Origin: Octopus bimaculoides
Taxonomy: Eukaryota
NCBI RefSeq assembly: GCF_001194135.2
Contig: NC_068999.1
Coordinates: forward strand, 82,219-146,218
Direction of reading: 5' to 3'
Length of the DNA: 64,000 nucleotides
In this document: piece by piece, positions 1 through 10,745 of the stretch
Numbering within the stretch: position 1 is the stretch's first letter
Layout of the letters: each line of letters begins with the position of its first letter
Notes under the pieces: generated by a model
Seen by the model: only the letters and a program-made list of their open reading frames with translations
Database searches by the model: none
What the model was told of the DNA's origin: nothing
Translations under genes and position numbers: made by a program

Positions 1-240
1 TCCACAGACAAGATATGACGATGCTGTGGCTTACATACACCGGAAGTTAGGATAGTTATGTGAAATACTAGGAGAAATGCGACGGGACAGGCGTTCAGAA
101 GAAAAAAAGATTTCCGAGAATGACGAAGCGTCCATTTTTTCAGAGACAGAGATTACCAACCGGATATTGCTGTTGAGGATCTTCAGAGAAGGAAATGCCT
201 CTTAATCAAAGTACTAGTTTTAAGCAGCCATAATGGATCT
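1..240 (+). mobile_element. R4/Dong-clade non-LTR retrotransposon remnant, restriction-like endonuclease region (stop plus frameshift)
   Basis: Manual translation gives RYDDAVAYIHRKLG*LCE and, in another frame, FRDRDYQPDIAVEDLQRRKCLLIKV. These match the RHD..A..IHW.LC and PDI....K.C.LID motifs seen more intact at 12301-12965. Confidence 0.6.
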
Positions 241-304
241 CTAAAAGAAAGCGGGGAATTCTTTAAAAGTAATGATAACCTCAATGTGGAAAGTAACAAC
301 AGAA

Positions 305-406
305 AGAATATCGACTTGGACAGAATTAGAACCCAGAACGTGAAGATGGACGAAATCTGGCTAAGCATTTCGTCTGGTCTGAAAACGATTCTGCCAGCCC
401 ACCGCC

Positions 407-408
<2 letters not shown>
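305..408 (-). mobile_element. tRNA-derived SINE family A, 5' head fragment
   Basis: Reverse complement begins ggcggtgggctggcagaatcg (A-box-like) and contains gggttctaattctgtcc (degenerate B box); homologous to about 10 other copies in the window. Confidence 0.8.
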
Positions 409-441
<33 letters not shown>

Positions 442-442
<1 letters not shown>

Positions 443-634
443 GTTTCAAATTTTGGCACAATATCTAGGGAGGGAAAAAGTCGATTACATTGAGCCCAGT
501 ACTTTTTTTATCGACCTCGAGAGGATGAAAGGCAAAAGTTAGCCCTGGCGGAATTTGAACTTAGAACGCCAAGACGGACGAAATGCCACTAAGCATTTTG
601 CCCGGCCTGCAAACGATTCTGCCAGCTCACCGCC
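442..634 (-). mobile_element. tRNA-derived SINE family A, near full length, (ATT)n tail
   Basis: Contains the family core gattacat.gaccccagt..tttatcgacc.cga.aggatgaaaggcaaa...ggcggaatttgaact.agaac; (AAT)n at 408-441 on its 3' side. Confidence 0.85.
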
Positions 635-699
635 AAAATAATAATAATAATCCTTTCTACTATAGGCACAGGGCTTGAAAATTTGGGGAAGATTCTTTC

Positions 700-1075
700 T
701 CTTCTATCTTTTCTCTTGTCAAAGAAAATATTTCTCCAGCGCTCACTATCTTCCTCTCGTTCTGGTCTAACGTCCCTCCAAGTTTGTTTTCGTTGGGTTT
801 CCTTGTATGCCTCCACTGTCAGGATTTTGTTCCCAACTTTGACCCTCCATAAATCCTAAATTATATTTTAGAATTTATGGGAGCAACTGTCTTTGAAGAC
901 TCATATTGTCATTAAATGCTCGAAATGAGGAGTAGATAGACCGTCGACAACTGATGAAGGGCCCTTTCTCTGCGTTTACTTGTCCTGTCTCCAATTTTTC
1001 TCCTTGTTTACGTATTTAACTTGTTTGCTTACGTATTTCATGTTGTTTGAACCGTTGATGACGTCCTGTACCCAT
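700..1075. repeat. Unclassified ~370 bp dispersed repeat, copy 1
   Basis: Colinear, by eye roughly 70-75% identical, with 7095-7465 (shared ctcttgtcaaagaaaatatttctccagc, ccaactttgaccctccat, tgctcgaaatgaggagtagatagac). Confidence 0.8.
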
Positions 1076-1107
1076 ATATGCTTGTATGTGTATGTGTGCG
1101 TGTATAT

Positions 1108-1496
1108 AATAGAAATATTAATATTTCGAAATCTCTGAAAGAGATATTCAATAACAGTTCTTTAAAGTAAAGGCTATTTTCCAACATAATGTGGCTGTCC
1201 TGGAAGGGACGATGTTATCTGGGTTCTTATATTTTCAAACACGGAGTTCAGCACTCCCATCTAGCGCAAAACAACACCAGTAGACCGGTTTCTGGGTTAT
1301 TGACCTTTATCAACACAGAAAATATAAGGACACAGATATTGTGTCGTGTAGCCAGCTGGAAACGAAGTTTCCGGGGCTAAACACCAGTAACACCGTCCCT
1401 TCCAGGACAGTCGCATTATGTTGGCAAAGAATCTTTACTTTAAATAACTGTTACTGAATGTCTCTCTTTGAGGGATTTAGGAATAATATTTCTATT
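1108..1496. repeat. Foldback element with ~115 bp inverted arms (1108-1222 / 1384-1496) around a hammerhead-like core
   Basis: The reverse complement of 1384-1496 aligns to 1108-1222 over its whole length (e.g. ccaacataatg.g.ctgtcctggaagggacg.tgtta). Confidence 0.8.
1278..1319 (-). ncRNA. Degenerate minimal hammerhead ribozyme motif (GAAACCGGUC family)
   Basis: Minus strand reads tctgtg TTGATAA aggt-caata-accca GAAAC-CG-GTC tactg; the core and stem I carry substitutions. Confidence 0.5.
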
Positions 1497-1576
1497 TTAT
1501 TACATCAGTGGATGTGTTACTTTGAAAACTGTATTCGAACGGTGAATTCAGCAACGCCACCTAGCCAAGCAGCTAC

Positions 1577-1619
1577 TCTGTGCTGATAAAAGACAATAAC
1601 CCAGAAACCGGTCCACAGA
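1577..1619 (+). ncRNA. Minimal type-I hammerhead ribozyme motif (PLE-like, palindromic stem III)
   Basis: tctgtg CTGATAA aagacaataaccca GAAAC-CG-GTC cacaga: perfect 6-bp stem I, GUC cleavage triplet, G8A core variant, stem II decayed in this copy. Confidence 0.65.
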
Positions 1620-1755
1620 AGGTGTTTTGCGCTAGATCGGAATGCTGAACTCCCTGTTCGAAAATATAAGGACAGAGATATTGTGTCGTATAACCAGCTG
1701 GAAACGATGTTTCCTGGGACTAAACAACAGTAATATCGTCCCTTCCTGGACAGCC
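1577..1755. repeat. Second, partial copy of the 1108-1496 foldback element in opposite orientation
   Basis: 1577-1665 is the reverse complement of 1232-1319, and 1662-1755 directly repeats 1319-1412. Confidence 0.8.
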
Positions 1756-1756
1756 A

Positions 1757-1940
1757 GTTAACTCAGCTGTAGAAATGAGTTGCGACATCACTGATGCCAA
1801 GCTGTATCGGCCCCTTTGCCTTTCCCTTGGATAACATCAGTGGTGTGCCTACAAAAAATAAATACTGGGATAGATTCGGTTGCCTAAATTTCTAAAAGGT
1901 GGTCCTCCAGCATGACCGCAGTCTAATGACAAACAAGACA
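1757..1940 (+). mobile_element. SINE 3' part sharing the family-B tail
   Basis: Ends ggtggtcctccagcatgaccgcagtctaatgacaaacaag, homologous to the tail at 18665-18725. Confidence 0.6.
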
Positions 1941-2136
1941 AAACACACACTCACACACGTGCGCACATATATATCAATGCAATATGTATATTTTTGTATA
2001 TTTATGTTACATATGTATGGTGTATAAAACTCGTATATATTTCTATGCATAAGTATGCATGTGTATGTTACACATGTATACGAATCGCACAATCATACAC
2101 TCTCGCATATACACACGTATATGTGTGTGTGTGAGA

Positions 2137-2205
2137 GAGAGAGAGTGGGAGAGGGGAGAGAGAGAGTGGGAGAGGGGAGAGAGAGAGTGGGAGAGGGGAG
2201 AGAGA
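2137..2205. repeat. 21-bp purine-rich tandem repeat, about 3 copies
   Basis: (gagagagagtgggagagggga) repeated about 3 times, directly visible. Confidence 0.85.
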
Positions 2206-2214
2206 AAGTGAGAG

Positions 2215-2248
<34 letters not shown>

Positions 2249-3129
2249 ACAATATGTAAATAGGGAAGAAAACATTGTAAATTAATATTTATCGGTCGAG
2301 TGCGTGTGATATCCTTTCTTCTTCTTTGTTTACATACGTTGATATCTATTTCTATATACCTTATGCCTCTGACTATCCCTCATCCCAGTGTCTCTGCATA
2401 CACTGCGTCTCCACAGATAGCTTTGCGTTTCCGCCCTCGTCACCTACATAGTGTCTGGTTTACGTGTTGCTCTTGCGAGAAAAATCATCGCAGCATGCCA
2501 GCATTAACAACTGTAATTCATCATCCGGTCGTTACTGCGGAAATTCTTTTTGTCAGACACTGGTTTTAATTAGTGGACTGTAACTGTATTAGTACATCGC
2601 ATTTAATGATATTAGTCACTTATATCAGGGGTTTCCTAACCTGGGGTGCCCGTATCTCCTGGTGGTGCGAGATGGCATAAGTCGCTAAATAAATATAAGC
2701 AGTGCTTAATTTGCGTAACTAATCCAAGACATGCGACTTAACTCGAAAAACAAACAAAAACATTTTAAAAGGTTTATTAATTCATAACTGTTTTAATACG
2801 TAGTTTGAACTTATTTTCATATTTTATTTAAGTTTCCACTTCAGTGTTAGTTTTAATTTTTTTTTTAATAATTGTTATAATTTTCAATATTTTCTTTTAG
2901 ACTAATGTAAATTCGAATAAATTGACTGAAGCTGAATATTATTATTACTATTAATTTCGCGAAAAAAAAAAAAATCGACGTAAAGTGGAAAAAAACGTAA
3001 CTTGAAACAACGTAATTTGAGGTATGCATGTAATTTAATAAAACCTCCCTTCAGAATCAGATTGGTAATTAACTCTTAAATTTATCAAACACATCAAAGA
3101 CTTTATTCTGCCATTATTATTTATCACTT

Positions 3130-3319
3130 TCTTGTTTCAGTCATTGGACTGCGACTGTGCTGGAGCATCACTTTCATGGGTTGCAGTCGAACAAATGAAT
3201 CCCGGGACTTTTCATTCTATCGGGATGTTTTGCCGAACCGTTATATTACTGGAACGTAAACAGACCAACACCGATTGTCAAGCGGTGCTGGAGGGTGATA
3301 AATACAGACTCAAAGACAC

Positions 3320-3320
<1 letters not shown>
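3130..3320 (-). mobile_element. SINE family B, 3' half
   Basis: Reverse complement of cttgacaatcggtgttggtctgtttacgt...ctccagcacagtcgcagtccaatgactgaaacaag. Confidence 0.75.
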
Positions 3321-3383
<63 letters not shown>

Positions 3384-3666
3384 NNNNNNNNNNNNNNNNN
3401 NNNNNNNNNNNNNNNNNNNNNNNNNNNNNNNNNNNNNNNNNNNNNNNNNNNNNNNNNNNNNNNNNNNNNNNNNNNNNNNNNNNNNNNNNNNNNNNNNNNN
3501 NNNNNNNNNNNNNNNNNNNNNNNNNNNNNNNNNNNNNNNNNNNNNNNNNNNNNNNNNNNNNNNNNNNNNNNNNNNNNNNNNNNNNNNNNNNNNNNNNNNN
3601 NNNNNNNNNNNNNNNNNNNNNNNNNNNNNNNNNNNNNNNNNNNNNNNNNNNNNNNNNNNNNNNNNN

Positions 3667-3698
<32 letters not shown>

Positions 3699-3849
3699 GT
3701 CGTTGATGACCTCTTTCTAGCATATTGGATGTCCACCTAGTGGTCATCCTTTATACATGTGTAATATATATATATTCCCCAGAACGAAGGCAGGAAAGAT
3801 ATAGAGTGATATACACCTGAAAAATCTGAGACGAGCTTGTAACAAACTT

Positions 3850-4170
3850 TGGCATTGAAAGTTACACAAACAGCAGAACTAGGCCTCACTGCAGCGTGCC
3901 CACAGCTCTTCAATATCTTCCCCAAGAAACCTGAAGGGCTCCATGGGATGGATGTAGGTGTTTTCAAAGCTAAACTGGATCTCCTTCTGTCAAGAGTTCC
4001 GACTGGACCTACATCGCGGCAAGAAACGCAGATGTGGGCAGCAACATCAAAGTCCCTCATTCACGAAATTCCACATATTAGAGGTGGTTTCAAATAGTGA
4101 CAGTGTAACAAAGCTAACGGTGGTGTCCCAGCATGGCCGAGGTTCCCGTGCTGAAACAAGCGAAGAAAAC
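3850..4170 (+). mobile_element. CR1/L2-group LINE 3' end (ORF2 C-terminus plus 3' UTR)
   Basis: ORF 3849-4097 contains PQLFNIFPKK..LHGMDVGVFKAKLDLLLSRVP, typical of the C-terminus of CR1/L2/Crack ORF2; followed by a SINE-B-like tail. Confidence 0.7.
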
Positions 4171-5249
4171 AATATTAATATAATCGACCCAAAAACTCTA
4201 CAAAAGCAGATACATATATATTTGTCTGGTGGAGACATTTGACACCTCTTCCTTGCAATACAACAGTCATACGACTAGGAATGTGACACAGAAGAGAAAG
4301 CGAAAACCTTGCCTTTACACAACCTCTTTGTGATTCATTCATCCAGTTACACAAGCACACACACACGCAAATACGCGCACATGTATATAGACGAGCACAC
4401 ACGTACACAAACACACACATACACCATACAAACACACACACACACATATGTATATAAACGTTTATATATTTATATATATATCTATATATACATTTATACA
4501 TATGGACACACATGCTCACACACGCACACATATGTGTACTGAAAGGGATTGCGTGAGACAGAATGAAAAGGAGAGGAATTAAACTAGTAAATATGAGGGG
4601 GAGTCAGAGNNNNNNNNNNNNNNNNNNNNNNNNNNNNNNNNNNNNNNNNNNNNNNNNNNNNNNNNNNNNNNNNNNNNNNNNNNNNNNNNNNNNNNNNNNN
4701 NNNNNNNNNNNNNNNNNNNNNNNNNNNNNNNNNNNNNNNNNNNNNNNNNNNNNNNNNNNNNNNNNNNNNNNNNNNNNNNNNNNNNNNNNNNNNNNNNNNN
4801 NNNNNNNNNNNNNNNNNNNNNNNNNNNNNNNNNNNNNNNNNNNNNNNNNNNNNNNNNNNNNNNNNNNNNNNNNNNNNNNNNNNNNNNNNNNNNNNNNNNN
4901 NNNNNNNNNNNNNNNNNNNNNNNNNNNNNNNNNNNNNNNNNNNNNNNNNNNNNNNNNNNNNNNNNNNNNNNNNNNNNNNNNNNNNNNNNNNNNNNNNNNN
5001 NNNNNNNNNNNNNNNNNNNNNNNNNNNNNNNNNNNNNNNNNNNNNNNNNNNNNNNNNNNNNNNNNNNNNNNNNNNNNNNNNNNNNNNNNNNNNNNNNNNN
5101 NNNNNNNNNNNNNNNNNNNNNNNNNNNNNNNNNNNNNNNNNNNNNNNNNNNNNNNNNNNNNNNNNNNNNNNNNNNNNNNNNNNNNNNNNNNNNNNNNNNN
5201 NNNNNNNNNNNNNNNNNNNNNNNNNNNNNNNNNNNNNNNNNNNNNNNNN

Positions 5250-5324
<75 letters not shown>

Positions 5325-5859
5325 TTATAGATATACCAATATACACATATATATACATATATGCACACATATACACACATATTATATATATACAAACACA
5401 CACACACACATATGTATATAAACGTTTATATATTTATATATATATCTATATATACATTTATACATATGGACACACATGCTCACACACGCACACATATGTG
5501 TACTGAAAGGGATTGCGTGAGACAGAATGAAAAGGAGAGGAATTAAACTAGTAAATATGAGGGGGAGTCAGAGAGTGAGAAATTTAGAATGGTGGGAGCG
5601 GCACCACGTATTAGGAAATACTAAAATAGTCGATAGTAAGCGGAAAACGTAGTCACGTGACTGTAATGGCGGAAACACCAACCAGTTTTTATTTTTTAAA
5701 TTATATTTCGTCTTTTGACCGTTTTATATTTTGTTTTCTTCTGTTCCATTCCTTTTCTTTTCTGTCGTTCTTTGTTTCGTTCAACTCTCTTCTTCTTCTT
5801 CTTCCAGTTCTTAAATTTTTGTAAGAATATTATTGTTCCTTTTCTAATAAGAATGAAAA

Positions 5860-6060
5860 CCACCTCACCACTACTACCACCACTACTAGGGCAAGCAGTA
5901 GCACCACCAACACCACCGCCAGCACGACCACTATCACCACCACCAAAACCAGCACCAGTACCACCCCCAACACCACTACATATACCACAACCACCATAAG
6001 CACCACGAGCATCACCACCACCACCACCACCACCACCACCACCACCACCACAATCATCAC
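5860..6060. repeat. (CCA)n-rich low-complexity tract
   Basis: Degenerate then pure cca repeats running into an N gap. Confidence 0.85.
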
Positions 6061-6544
6061 NNNNNNNNNNNNNNNNNNNNNNNNNNNNNNNNNNNNNNNN
6101 NNNNNNNNNNNNNNNNNNNNNNNNNNNNNNNNNNNNNNNNNNNNNNNNNNNNNNNNNNNNNNNNNNNNNNNNNNNNNNNNNNNNNNNNNNNNNNNNNNNN
6201 NNNNNNNNNNNNNNNNNNNNNNNNNNNNNNNNNNNNNNNNNNNNNNNNNNNNNNNNNNNNNNNNNNNNNNNNNNNNNNNNNNNNNNNNNNNNNNNNNNNN
6301 NNNNNNNNNNNNNNNNNNNNNNNNNNNNNNNNNNNNNNNNNNNNNNNNNNNNNNNNNNNNNNNNNNNNNNNNNNNNNNNNNNNNNNNNNNNNNNNNNNNN
6401 NNNNNNNNNNNNNNNNNNNNNNNNNNNNNNNNNNNNNNNNNNNNNNNNNNNNNNNNNNNNNNNNNNNNNNNNNNNNNNNNNNNNNNNNNNNNNNNNNNNN
6501 NNNNNNNNNNNNNNNNNNNNACACACATATGTATATAAATACAT

Positions 6545-6617
<73 letters not shown>

Positions 6618-6846
6618 TTCTGTGCACATAGACATATCTATATCAATCTACATGTATGTATGTATGTATGTATCTAGCGCAATCTATTTATCTATCTAAT
6701 CTCTCTCTCTCTCTACACACACACACAAACACACACACACACACACACACATACATGTACATGCGTATACAGATATATGTATATGCGTGCGTATACATAT
6801 ATACATATGCATGCATATATGTATGTGTAAGTATGTGTATATATGC

Positions 6847-6894
<48 letters not shown>

Positions 6895-7094
6895 GTGTAT
6901 ACACGTATACGTGCACAAACACAAATACATACATACATGCATACATGCATATGTATATCTCCCTCTTTCTCCTTTACTCTCTCTCGTTGCTCACGCGTGT
7001 CCATCGTCCATCTTTTCGTCACGTGATCATCTTTTTTTTCCTTCAGGGCTGTCGTAAAGACTGCATGTATCCTATCCCTCTCTCTCTCTCTCTC

Positions 7095-7460
7095 TCCTAT
7101 CTTTTCTCTTGTCAAAGAAAATATTTCTCCAGCTTTCGCTATGTTACCTTCATCTGGTCTAACAACATTCCACGTTTGTTTTCGTTCGGTTTCCTTGTTA
7201 GTTTCCTTTTTTTCTCTTTTTACCAACTTTGACCCTCCATTAATCCCAAATTTTATTTTGGCATATGTGGGAGCAACTGCCTTCGAAGATTCTCACTGTC
7301 GTTGAATGCTCGAAATGAGGAGTAGATAGACAGCCGTCAGCTGATGAAAGGACGATCTACATGCTACTTGTCCTGTTTTCCATTTGTTTCGCTCGTTGTT
7401 TGCGTATTCAACTCTTTGGTTTTCGTATTTCATGTTGCTTACGGTTGGTGACATCCTGTA

Positions 7461-7465
<5 letters not shown>
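7095..7465. repeat. Unclassified ~370 bp dispersed repeat, copy 2
   Basis: Homologous to 700-1075. Confidence 0.8.
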
Positions 7466-7511
<46 letters not shown>

Positions 7512-7719
7512 GTTCATATATTCGTACGGGTCGATGGTGGTAGCAGTAACGACGGTAATAGTAGTAGCGGTAATGAAGAAGATAACCCCAGAAGGGCCAA
7601 CAACATGAATACCCACCCCCTTGACACTCAGTTCTTCAACATATGTGACAAATCTTACAACATGAGCCGGATTTACCCGACGGATCAGTTTGGATGTTCT
7701 CCGCATTTTGGCTCCTGAG

Positions 7720-8100
7720 GTTTTTGAGTGAAAGTTGCAATATCGGAAGGTGTGCGCAAGATGGGTCCCACGAATGCTCACAGAAGGCCATAAACGGCAA
7801 CCCACCTTATAGCCCGGACTTGGCACCCAGTGACTACCACCTGTTCCTTAAGTTGAAAGAACATTTGGCCGGAACACGGTTCAGCAACAACGACGAGGTG
7901 AAAGATGAGGTTCGACGCTTCCTCAACGACATGGTGGTGAGCTGGTATGACATGGGCATCCAAAAACTGCCCCAGCGCCTACAAAAATGCATCGGCCGAA
8001 ATGGCGATTGTGGAGAAAAATAGATAAATGGTCAAACATTAAAATGATGTAAACATCATTGGCAATAGTGTTTCTGTGATTTCTAAATATTACCCTCGTA
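7720..8100 (+). mobile_element. Mariner (DD34D) transposon, internally deleted
   Basis: KLQYRKVCARWVPRMLTEGHKRQ is fused at ~7800 to PPYSPDLAPSDYHLFLKLKEHLAG...CIGRNGD; the element ends in ccctcgta, the reverse complement of the mariner-type TACGAGGG terminus. Confidence 0.9.
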
Positions 8101-8184
8101 TATATATTATGTTAGGCAAAATCTCATCAGATGGGTAGAAAAGATATACTGTTAGGCTATTAGGTGTTGTGTTTTCGAATCATC

Positions 8185-8455
8185 TCAGCACCTAATAACC
8201 TGACGGACTATTCCTGCGATCACATCACCCCTAACATGTGGCCACCTAACTCCTCGGACTGCAACTCCCTTGATTATTATGTGTAAGGCGCAGTTGAGCG
8301 AAAAACAACAAAACTCCTTGTAACACCAAAGATTAACTGAAAGCAGGATTATGACAGCATTCACCCATAAGGAGGCCGTCCAGAAGAGTTGCAGATTCCG
8401 ACGTCGTCTGGAAGCCGTGGTTGAATCCAATGGCGATGTTATTGAATAAATCGAC
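8185..8455 (+). mobile_element. Tc1/mariner superfamily transposase 3' fragment, probably DD37D/maT
   Basis: Manual translation HITPNMWPPNSSDCNSLDYYV*GAVER...FRRRLEAVVESNGDVIE*, a WPPNSPD.NPLDY-type motif. Confidence 0.8.
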
Positions 8456-9031
8456 TCTTTAGTATTTCAAGATATTTTTATGCAATTATATATATATATC
8501 TATGTAAAATACGTGTGTATATATATCTTCACATACACATATATTAATCATAAGGACACATTAAAGTGTCTACCCGCTAGAATTGAGTTAAAATCCCCAT
8601 TTGGACCACCCCAAAAAATTAACACTGAAAGTAACAGATTCAACAGTAGACGATCAAGCGGATGGAAAAAATCTCTCACATACCTATAAAGCATAAAGCT
8701 ATACATTTAATGCCACAGGTGTATATGTTAAAAGTACTCTTGTCCTGTGAAATTCTCAACCATTTTACACGTTAGTTCAACGACACTAAGCCAAACCGTT
8801 GATCAAAATATGACAACAGTCATCGTCGAGAGTGACAGAGATCCATTTCACAGAGAACAACTCGCTACACGATGACAGATGTGGTGCCAAGGAAATGTGG
8901 AATTGGCAAAATATGATCCTTAATTAAAGAAATTCCAGACTTCCAGACTTCCAGGCCAGAAATTCACCTCTCTTTCTCTCTTTTGTTTCTCTCTCTTTTT
9001 GTCTGTTTCTCTCTCTCTCACCCACTCCCAT

Positions 9032-9099
<68 letters not shown>

Positions 9100-9269
9100 A
9101 TTAAAACCTTTACACTTGGGAAAGTTCAGATATTTTCGCGCAGTTTCCTTGTCATTTAATTCACACACACACGCACACACACACTCTTTCTCTCTCTCAA
9201 CACACACACACACACACACACACATAATTTATAGTGTGTGTTGCATACAAATTATTCTGCGTGTGTGTG

Positions 9270-9305
<36 letters not shown>

Positions 9306-9309
9306 ATAT

Positions 9310-9485
9310 CTTTTGCGTGTTTCAATCATTGAACAGCGACCGACCATGCTGTGATACCACTTTGATTCGACTTCAGTCCTTTATTTTCATTCTGGTTCTT
9401 ATTCTATCGTTTACTTTGCCGAACTGGTAAGTTACGAGGATGCAAACAAACCAACACAAGTTGTCAAGGTGTTGGAGATGGGGTG
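9310..9485 (-). mobile_element. SINE family B, 3' half
   Basis: Reverse complement of the family-B 3' domain (ttattctatcg..tttgccgaac.g.taagttacg.ggatg.aaaca.accaacac). Confidence 0.7.
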
Positions 9486-10254
9486 TACTAACACACACAC
9501 ACACACACATGTACGTATGGTCTTACGGGGCCTAGAGTTTAGAAGTGTTTGGTTCATGATCATAAGGTCGTGGGATCAATTCCTGGTAGTGAAGCTCTCT
9601 AATCTCAGTTATTACATGTGCATCTAGGTCAAGAGTTGAATCCACGACATTACCACCGTGGCGGTACGTCCTAACAATTGGGACACACGCCTAGAGTTAG
9701 AGTGATAAAAACAAATGTAAGAAGACAGAAGCCATGTCACCAAAGACATTTGTAAGTCACTCGCAAAGCATAAAAAATTATCCACTGAACAATATTGAAC
9801 TGGCAAACATTTTGCTCAGGTATGAGGTTCAACCCACTTTCCACTGTGTTTATTGGATATAAGAAGCTTATTAAATATTGATATTAATCATAACCTACGT
9901 AAACATCTGTCAGAATTATATTATAAGTAAAAAAAAAAAGAAAATGTAAAAAAAAGACTTGCGATTCAAGCGGTCCCCGTCGCCTAAAAATGAATGTAAA
10001 GGCTTTCATTTTCGGCAGAATATTTTTATTTTTGACGCTGTCAGATGCTAACGGAAAGCTGTCAGTACAAAGTTTGATATCGTTCTGTGGCGAAAACAAT
10101 CTATTTTGACCGGTTTTATTTTTGGTTTCTTATTGTCATTCTTTTCCTGTTTAGGTTCCAAAATCAAATAATATTGTTGATTTCTTTATAAACAGCGAAG
10201 AACAAACAAAAATATCTTATTTTATTTTAACTTCAGTCCAATCCTATTGCTTGT

Positions 10255-10570
10255 CATGACATGAATTTTATGATAAAACTTATGACGTGGCATGAATCTT
10301 ATGATGAATCTTAAGAGAAATGTTATGACACTGAATAAATCTTGTGATGAATCTCATGACTTGACATGATTCTTATGATATACCTTGTAACATGACAAGA
10401 ATCTTATGACAAGGCTTGATTTTATGATGAACTTTATAATATAATATTGATCTTATGACAAGCCTTATGGCATGGCATAGATTTTATGATAACTCTTATG
10501 ATAAAACTTAGGACATGACATGGATATAATGATGAGTCATATCATGACATAAATCTTACGAAGACAGTTG
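10255..10570. repeat. Degenerate higher-order minisatellite of ~12-bp GAATCTTATGAY units with 5-bp ATGAC spacers
   Basis: About 20 TCTTATGA-like cores visible with 12/14/5-bp spacing. Confidence 0.75.
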
Positions 10571-10679
10571 TCATGGATGACTAATATACGGTAAACTATG
10601 AATTATTCCTTGTTCCAAAATATAGGGTGTTTATATTGTCGAAAAAACTACACATGCTTCATGTATGATGACACACACA

Positions 10680-10745
<66 letters not shown>

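Noticed and set aside
930-990. CTGATGA in the 370-bp repeat (also at ~7340) as a hammerhead
   Set aside because: No GAAA follows the putative stem II, and the type II/III arrangements do not pair.
1226-1330. Recombinase-type invertible switch (core flanked by short inverted repeats, flipped in the second copy)
   Set aside because: More simply explained by a palindromic element inserted in opposite orientation with a deletion in one arm.
4420-5572. ~190-bp near-identical direct duplication on both sides of an N gap (4420-4609 vs 5385-5572); similar at 28450-28500 vs 29429-29480
   Set aside because: Typical unmerged contig overlap or haplotype artefact across a scaffold gap.
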